Source of the DNA: Paraspadella gotoi
Lineage: Eukaryota > Animalia > Chaetognatha
Assembly: GCA_051294375.1 (NCBI GenBank)
Contig: CM119263.1
Location: 20,488,115-20,552,114, forward strand
DNA length: 64,000 nt
Reading direction: 5' to 3'
Shown piece after piece: positions 57,298 through 64,000 of the stretch. A model generated the notes under the pieces. The model had not been told where the DNA came from. It saw only the letters and a list, made by a program, of their open reading frames with translations, and made no database searches. Position 1 is the stretch's first letter. Each line of letters begins with the position of its first letter. Position numbers and translations under genes: made by a program.

Positions 57298-57612
57298 CAG
57301 ACAGACAGACAGACAGACAGGGAGAGCGATATCTAATCATCCTCTCCAACCCAGATCAACGCGCTGCTCCTCTCCCGTTACGACGAGGAAGCGTCGCCTC
57401 ACTTCGACAACGTCTCCGACGCCAAGCACGTCAACGCCTTCCACTGCTCCATTTCTGGCGCGGGTCTCCTCGCCAAAAAGGGTTCGCCTGTGCTCGACTG
57501 GTTTCCCGTCGCGTTGGAACAGATCAAGGAGGCGGGAAAATTTGAATCTTTATGTCGAAAAGCGGAGACTGAATATGGAGAGAATCCGAGCTGCTATTTG
57601 AATCGGTTGTAG
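54939..57612 (+). CDS. Single-pass membrane protein with extracellular bacterial-type solute-binding domain, paralog 2, ~313 aa; exons 54939-55074, 55330-55417, 55494-55654, 56753-56937, 57077-57190, 57355-57612
   Basis: TM helix; YKPYSFLDKGALRGLSIRVIDAVCQLAKKNC, NWVDACVG, KSVER, IKVGM, INALLL, ALEQIKEAGKFESLC; phases consistent (942 nt); five intron positions shared with paralog 1. Confidence 0.85.
55800..56700. mobile_element. Degenerate Tc1-like MITE in intron 3 of SBP paralog 2
   Basis: tacagtcttgtgcaaaaaaagaggcc at left; partial inverted ggcctctttttttga at ~56676. Confidence 0.45.
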
Positions 57613-57795
57613 AGTTTATTTTGAGGAGGTTGAGGATGAGGAGGAGAAGAGGAAGAGGAGGAGGAGGGAGTTTTTGTAATTAATTTCTGATATGATAATG
57701 ATGATTAGTATAACAAATTATACATCCTCGAAAATACCATAAGGAAATCCTCCAGGAAGGAAAGGTACAGAAGGAGAGAGAGAGAGAAAAAGAGG

Positions 57796-57836
<41 letters not shown>

Positions 57837-58806
57837 CAAGAAATATGTTTTCGTCATTCAGCAGCACGAAGGATTTTAATTAAGAGCGATTTACATCGGT
57901 TCGGACAAGACGACGACGACGACGACGACGACAAAGTCTTCGAGAAGAGGAGTGACTTTAATTTCGCTAGGGGTGTCGGGCAATAACAACGACAACTGTC
58001 GAACATCGAAAACCGACATTAATTATTAGGAGTTTAAATCCGACGAATTTATTATTTTTAAGTCTCCGTTCTCATCCAGGGTGCCGAGGTTGTCTCGGCG
58101 TCAAGACATGCTCGGCAGAAGGCATGGTTGACTTAGGAACAGGGATACCTTGTTCCAACATGCAGGGTCTAAATATACTTGTAACGTCATTGATGTTGAA
58201 GAATTCCAGAACTTTGATCAGAGTTAAACTTTCTTTAATTATTCTTTTAAATTTTCGAGTCATGTTTAATTTAAATTTCAAAACTACTAAATTGTTTTTG
58301 GACCTCATTAAAATTGACGATAAAAAATAATGAATCTTAGTGAGGAAGACTTTAGTGAATTAATTATAAGGGAAGATGACTAATATTATAATATGGCCAG
58401 AGGGGGCGCATTACTGTCGAAATCGTGCCCCGCAGCCAAGCTCGACGCCGTGAGCAATACGGTTATAAGCCACGATGAAAAAGCCTGATACTTTTTTCTT
58501 TATAATTTATGAATAAATGCGGAATAAACATGCAAAGAATGTTACCTTAGCGACTTTTTTTCTATCGTACACCACAGTTAAATAAAACCCCACTATTGTA
58601 CGAACAAAAAGAGTGAATAAATGAACGAATATATTTCTCGTTCTCGTTTATGACGAATATAAAAAATTCCAAATGTTCTCACGCGTTTCATTGTTTTCGA
58701 CCACCGGAGTAAAAAATCTGGTTTCCATAACAACACGAAACTTTCACTTTGTGATATTTTCTACGTTCACTTTGATTTCGAAGCCAAAATTCTCTCCCTC
58801 TCTCTA

Positions 58807-58837
<31 letters not shown>

Positions 58838-58838
58838 G

Positions 58839-58871
<33 letters not shown>

Positions 58872-59845
58872 TCCATCCCTCCCCCCTTTCCTCTGACATT
58901 TCCCGCTTCCGTTTAGCCAAATGAGTTTGCAGCGACCTTGCTCGAACTACAACGAAATTGCGACTCAAAAAAAGAATCTGCTGAATCTGAGTTTTACTTA
59001 ATTAAGCTATCGTGACGTCACCGCTGGGTCACGGAACAAAAAAAAACCTAAAAATTGGTCACGAGTCTCGAGCAGATATTACGAATTTCCGTTGATTATT
59101 CTCGTCAAAGTTTTATTTTTTTATTTTTAAAGACAGAAAAAAAAGAACAAAAAAACTGAACTCGAGGCGAAAATTTGGAGCGATTACGAAGCGAGTGGAT
59201 GAATCGTGAAGAAAGGTTTTACAGTTTTTTCTTTGGGTCACGCGTGACTGCGTCGAGTCCAGTGACTCCGAATTGAAGAGTTTGGCTCTTGTTTTGACGT
59301 TCACTTGACGTTCACTTGACGATCACTTGACGTTCCCTCAACGCGGGCACTCGACGATTTCGTCTGCCACGATCAAGGAAATGATTGGTGCGGTTATTTT
59401 AACCAAAATGTTCTTTTGTTTCGTCTTTTATTTAGTTTGGGTACAAAAAACACGAAAAACTAATTCTTTAATTGATTAATTACTCAAGAAGACTTAATTT
59501 CAAATCTGTCTTTTCACAAATGACCCCAACAACAGAGATCCCTCACCGAGTTCGAACTCCTCTCATTCTAAGTTGGGGATTCTCTCCATCCCGCCACCGA
59601 AAAACGTGTAACGGATTCCCGCACGTAATCCGGGCCAAAATTGCGTTCAAGGTCGCGAGAGATCGGATCAAGAAAAAAAAGCTGGAGATGAAAAGCGAAA
59701 GAAAGAGAATTCTCGACGACCTCACCTTGGAGCAAACGGATTAAAGTATTTGGGATTGCTACTGGAATTGCTGAATTAAGTAAATTTAAAAGTATGAAGT
59801 TCAAACCAGGAGTGATGACCTAAATTTTCCCCTTTGATTTTATAA

Positions 59846-60115
59846 ATGAAATTGGTACAACCAATATAAGAATTATCCATTAATTTAGTAAACAAGCTAT
59901 CTTGCCCCTGACTTTGAACAGGCCTTGGTGGTTTAAGGCCTCCATCACTCTTACAAGATAATGACATAGCAGGTCTCAGCAAGCTTTCAATCAAGACTCT
60001 CACACAGTCTCGTTTATTCACTCCCAGTGTATCTGTCTTCCCTATCGAACAAGTGGTGTAATATTTCCTAGAAAGTTTCAATTGTTTAAAAATACCATTC
60101 TCTAAGTATTTAATC
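59846..60115 (-). mobile_element. Longest copy of the retroelement-like 3'-end family; weak resemblance to a Penelope GIY-YIG C-terminus
   Basis: Shared terminus gtaccaatttcat; translation ..RVLIESLL..KSDGG.. loosely resembles the PLE endonuclease tail. Confidence 0.5.
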
Positions 60116-61067
60116 GGGGAATACTATTTTGTACTCCGCACGAATATTATTTAGTTTGAAAACACAATCACATTAGGCCCTTGGGATGATTTTACTTACC
60201 ATTTGGCATTTTCCCAAATCCCAACGAATCTCTCGACGTCGAGCTACAAGGAGCGCTTCGTCCCAACGGAACTTGCATTCGATCCCCGTCCGAAGCGACT
60301 CTCGAAGGTGCGCCCTTCCTGCTCGCCCCCCCTCCCACCTCCTTCCTCTAACGCCTTCGATCAAAAGTGTCGATCTTAAATGACTCAATTTGACTCAATG
60401 ACTAAAATCGAAAAAGACCAACCTCAATTTCTAACTCCTTTTCTATTCCGCTCCGCCCCCAACTCCCAACATGACCCTAACTTTTTTCCGCCAGTTTAAA
60501 AAATTTTCGATCTCGTCAAAACATTTTTGGTCACGATCTTCGCGGGTCGAAGGGTCCGGGGTTCGAACCCCGCATCGATCGATCGAACCCCTCTTCGTTT
60601 TTTCCCCCGCGGTGGGGGATCTTCTCAGGGTGGGTCTTCGCGATCTCAAGAATCTTGAAAAGAAAAAAAAAAGAAGAAAAAAAGAAAAGAAAGGTGATCG
60701 ATTTGTGGAAAAAAAAAATTAAAAAATTAAAAGAAAAATTAGGGAAAAAAAGAGTTTCATCGTTCCATCTTCTCGGCGACAATAATTACGAAAACTCTAC
60801 TTTTTTTGTTAAATTTCAGCCGTTTAAATGAAGCAAATGCATCCAAATTTTATTAAAGTTTAACAAATATAATTATAAATAATTTTAAAGTTTAATTTAG
60901 TAATATTAAGTATATTTGTCAAATATATAGACCGACCGACCAAAATTTATCTCGTCATGTACCAGTAGCACTAGCAAACCGGGCGAAAAACAGGTCCTTC
61001 TAGAAATAATGTCTACGGAAGTGACGAATTGGCCTTTTTTGGAATCTCTCTTTTCTCTCTCTCTCAT

Positions 61068-61129
<62 letters not shown>

Positions 61130-61838
61130 CACACACACTTTCTCTCCTGCAGATTTCGCGGTTTTCGAAATCGTCAGAATCCGATAAAATACTAACGAGT
61201 TTTGTTTCGTAAATAACGAAAAGGTAAAGAGGAAAAGAAAAATTTATTGAAAGTTTTGGAGAGTCGAAGACCTCACGGAGATATATAACGAATCGTAATC
61301 TCGAGGGCGCCACCCACGAGGCCTTTTTTGGCGCGCATTGGCGCGGCGCCAGAGTCCCCCCTCTTGTCGAGGTTCTTTTAATTCTATTGTTCCTTTGTTT
61401 GTTTTTTTTTTGTTCCCACTTTTTTCTTGGTGGGCCTACTTTGAGAGAGTTTCTTGTTTTGAGACGTTTTTTAGAAAAAATCTTTTTTTTAATTTGTGCG
61501 GTTTTAATTCTTTACACTTCATCTATAATGTTCGCGATGTTTTTGGCAATTTAATATATAGACAAATACATACACGGTCACATGGTCTTGGGAAAAGCAA
61601 AGCGAAAAGCAAAGACGCCAGCGCCGGGCTTCGGCGTGGCTGCAGCGCCACTGCGGCACTTGTTGCATCAATGATAAATTTGGGACTCCGGAAAAGAAGA
61701 GAAGGAAGCGAGACAACGTCATGAACGAAGCAGATTGTTAAAAATGATTTTAAATTATACAAATTCTCTCCGTGAATATCTGAATGATCAATCACGTCAA
61801 TTGGTTTTATTCTCAACTTTTAATGATTTTATATTAAT

Positions 61839-61915
61839 CCTGTCCAAAGTCAGGGGCAAGATAGCTTATTTATTAAATGAATGGATAATTTTTATATTGG
61901 TTGTACCAATTTCAT
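61839..61915 (+). mobile_element. Short 5'-truncated copy of the same 3'-end family
   Basis: cctgtccaaagtcaggggcaagatagc...gtaccaatttcat nearly identical to 8393-8469. Confidence 0.7.
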
Positions 61916-63405
61916 TAATCTTTACTCTCATTGGTCGAATTTTACCTATAGTAGTTAATGATTGAATTCTCAATAATTTTAGAGATCTCTCTTCTCATTA
62001 GTCCATTAAATTTAGTCTTTGTATAAAAGAAAGGTCAACTTTTATTGAAAAGATTGCCCTGGGACCATAAGGTAATTGATTGATTACTGAAATTATTAAA
62101 TGGAATTAGTAGCTTTTGAGCTTCCACAGCTCTTCCTTATCTCTTCTGATTGCCCTTACAACTGTCAACTGAATTACAACTTTAATTAATACTACTAATA
62201 GTGTTACGGTTATTAATGAGTCAACAATAGAGAAATTAAGGATGCTCAATCGTGTTCCCAAGTCGGTAAGAAAACGTGTAATCTCTAACACAGATGGTGG
62301 AAGCGAATGTTAGGTTCTGGCAATTGCTGTTGTCGTTGCTGCCATTGAAATTTTTGGTGGTTATTGTTGTGAGTCGAATTTGGCAGGTTGCGCTAAAAGA
62401 CAGAACGGGACGTAAATCAGTTAATCAGATTCCTTGAATGATAACCACATTTATAACCATTTATATCCAAAAACTTTGAGTTATTAAGTAATACTTTCCA
62501 GCAAAAAAATTTAAATTGTGGTAACTAAGAAAACGATTTCGCATGTGGTTAATAGAAAAAAAATATGCATGAACTTTTATTTCGGGAAAAAAATAAGATA
62601 AATAGAGGAATGAAAAACATTTACTATTGAAACTTCCGCCTTTTCAGTTCCACTCTTTTTTGCTCCATATTGCTCTCGCTCGCTCGCTCTCTCTCTCTCT
62701 CTGTTTAGTTAGCCAATCAATCGGCCGAAAAAAGAAGAAAAACATCCAATGGGTCCTTTCCACGACGGTGTTTATTCAATGAGGCGACCAGCGACCTCCA
62801 CGGGTCTAAGCCCCATGAACAATAAGGAACCGAAGAAGATTCCATCCAATTCGATCCTCCGAATATGGAAACCACCTTTTTTTTTCTCTTCCACCTTATT
62901 CGCGGGGAGGAGGGGGGCGGAGGTGGGATTCTCTGGCACGGTCGCGGATTTTAATCAGCGCACCTCTTTGCCTCTTGGCGATGAAGATAAGGTTGAGGGA
63001 TGAAGAAGAGAAAAAAATAAAAGGTCGAAAACTGATAAATTGAAACTAAAAAAAAAAACAGTTTTAAAATTGGTTGATTTTGACAACAAAAAACTAACGA
63101 AAACCTTTTTTGTCGCAAAATGTTATTCAGTTTTTTTTTTCGGGGGAATTTAAAAATTCTTTCTATTTTGACCGATTTTATTTATTTTCGAACCTTAATT
63201 TATTTAAATCCATTGACAGTTTTCCGGGTCTGAATCCCTTTTTTTTTATCCTAATCCAAATTCCCAATTCATGTTCACTCGAAGAACTCTTCGTTCAAAA
63301 TCTGACCCCTGTCCGCAAACGTGTCGGGCAGAGGAGGTCACGGTTGACACTTTTTTCGGTCAAATACGACTCAGGTTTGACGCTCGCTCCAGCTTCTTTT
63401 CTAAG

Positions 63406-63532
<127 letters not shown>

Positions 63533-64000
63533 CGTGTCGCCTGGGTCGTTGACCAAAATATCCCTCACGAAAAAAGTCGACCCCCAGAATCTTGGCCGAG
63601 ATTGAAAGAGTCGCCGGCGGCCAAGTGACAGTGGAGACGCGACACGCCCCCGTAACCGTCACACTAAAACGCTTGTCGTTGTTGTTGTTGCAGTTGATCG
63701 TCAAAAACGTCGCCACCTCGCAGCGATTCGTCCCCGACTCCAGACTTTTTACGACGAAGAAGAAGACGTTAAAATCTGCCGCGTCGTCGGAGTCTTTATC
63801 GTTCGATCGAGAGTTGTCGTTGTTGTCATCGTCGATCTTTTCGAAGATTGGCCGCCAATCGAATCGTCGTCGTCGTCGTCGGAAAAAGTTGCGGGTTTCG
63901 ATCGTTCGACCCCTCCGGTTAATATAAGTAAATTTTACGTTTGTATTTGTCTCGTTCCCCGCGAGAGACGAGAGACCGGATGATTGAGACGATTTGACCC

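Noticed and set aside
46936-57612. Bacterial contamination, or fragments of an ionotropic glutamate receptor
   Set aside because: Spliceosomal introns with host TEs argue against contamination; the binding domain is contiguous, ends in a stop codon and has no pore/M1-M4 segments
60529-60600. Possible tRNA gene (ggggttcgaacccc T-arm/B-box)
   Set aside because: No complete cloverleaf or acceptor stem; at most a tRNA/SINE fragment

Overview
AT-rich, microsatellite- and transposon-rich DNA from an intron-containing eukaryote, almost certainly an invertebrate animal, with an 867-nt assembly gap (14205-15071). Manual splicing gives six gene models that the ORF track mostly misses: (1) a two-exon RING-HC protein with a SUMO-interacting motif and a UIM-like motif (4816-6614, +); (2) a 10-exon inward-rectifier K+ channel (9886-30289, -) with a GC-AG intron; (3) a 5-exon HHxxxDG condensation/alcohol-acetyltransferase-type gene carrying a frameshift and an in-frame TGA (35643-37958, -); (4) an 8-exon GT7 beta-1,4-Gal/GalNAc-transferase (41327-44103, +); (5, 6) a tandem pair of intron-rich genes encoding single-pass membrane proteins whose ectodomain is a stand-alone bacterial-type amino-acid solute-binding domain (HisJ/LAO/ArtJ-like) (46936-54756 and 54939-57612, +). 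This pair is the most intriguing system in the window. Intergenic and intronic space is filled with nested non-autonomous elements: hAT, Tc1/mariner and Harbinger-type MITEs, DINE-1/Helentron-like elements, Penelope-type termini with minimal hammerhead ribozymes, and a highly structured ~240-bp tRNA-containing element. All gene models and family assignments come from reading the sequence by eye; no database search was run.
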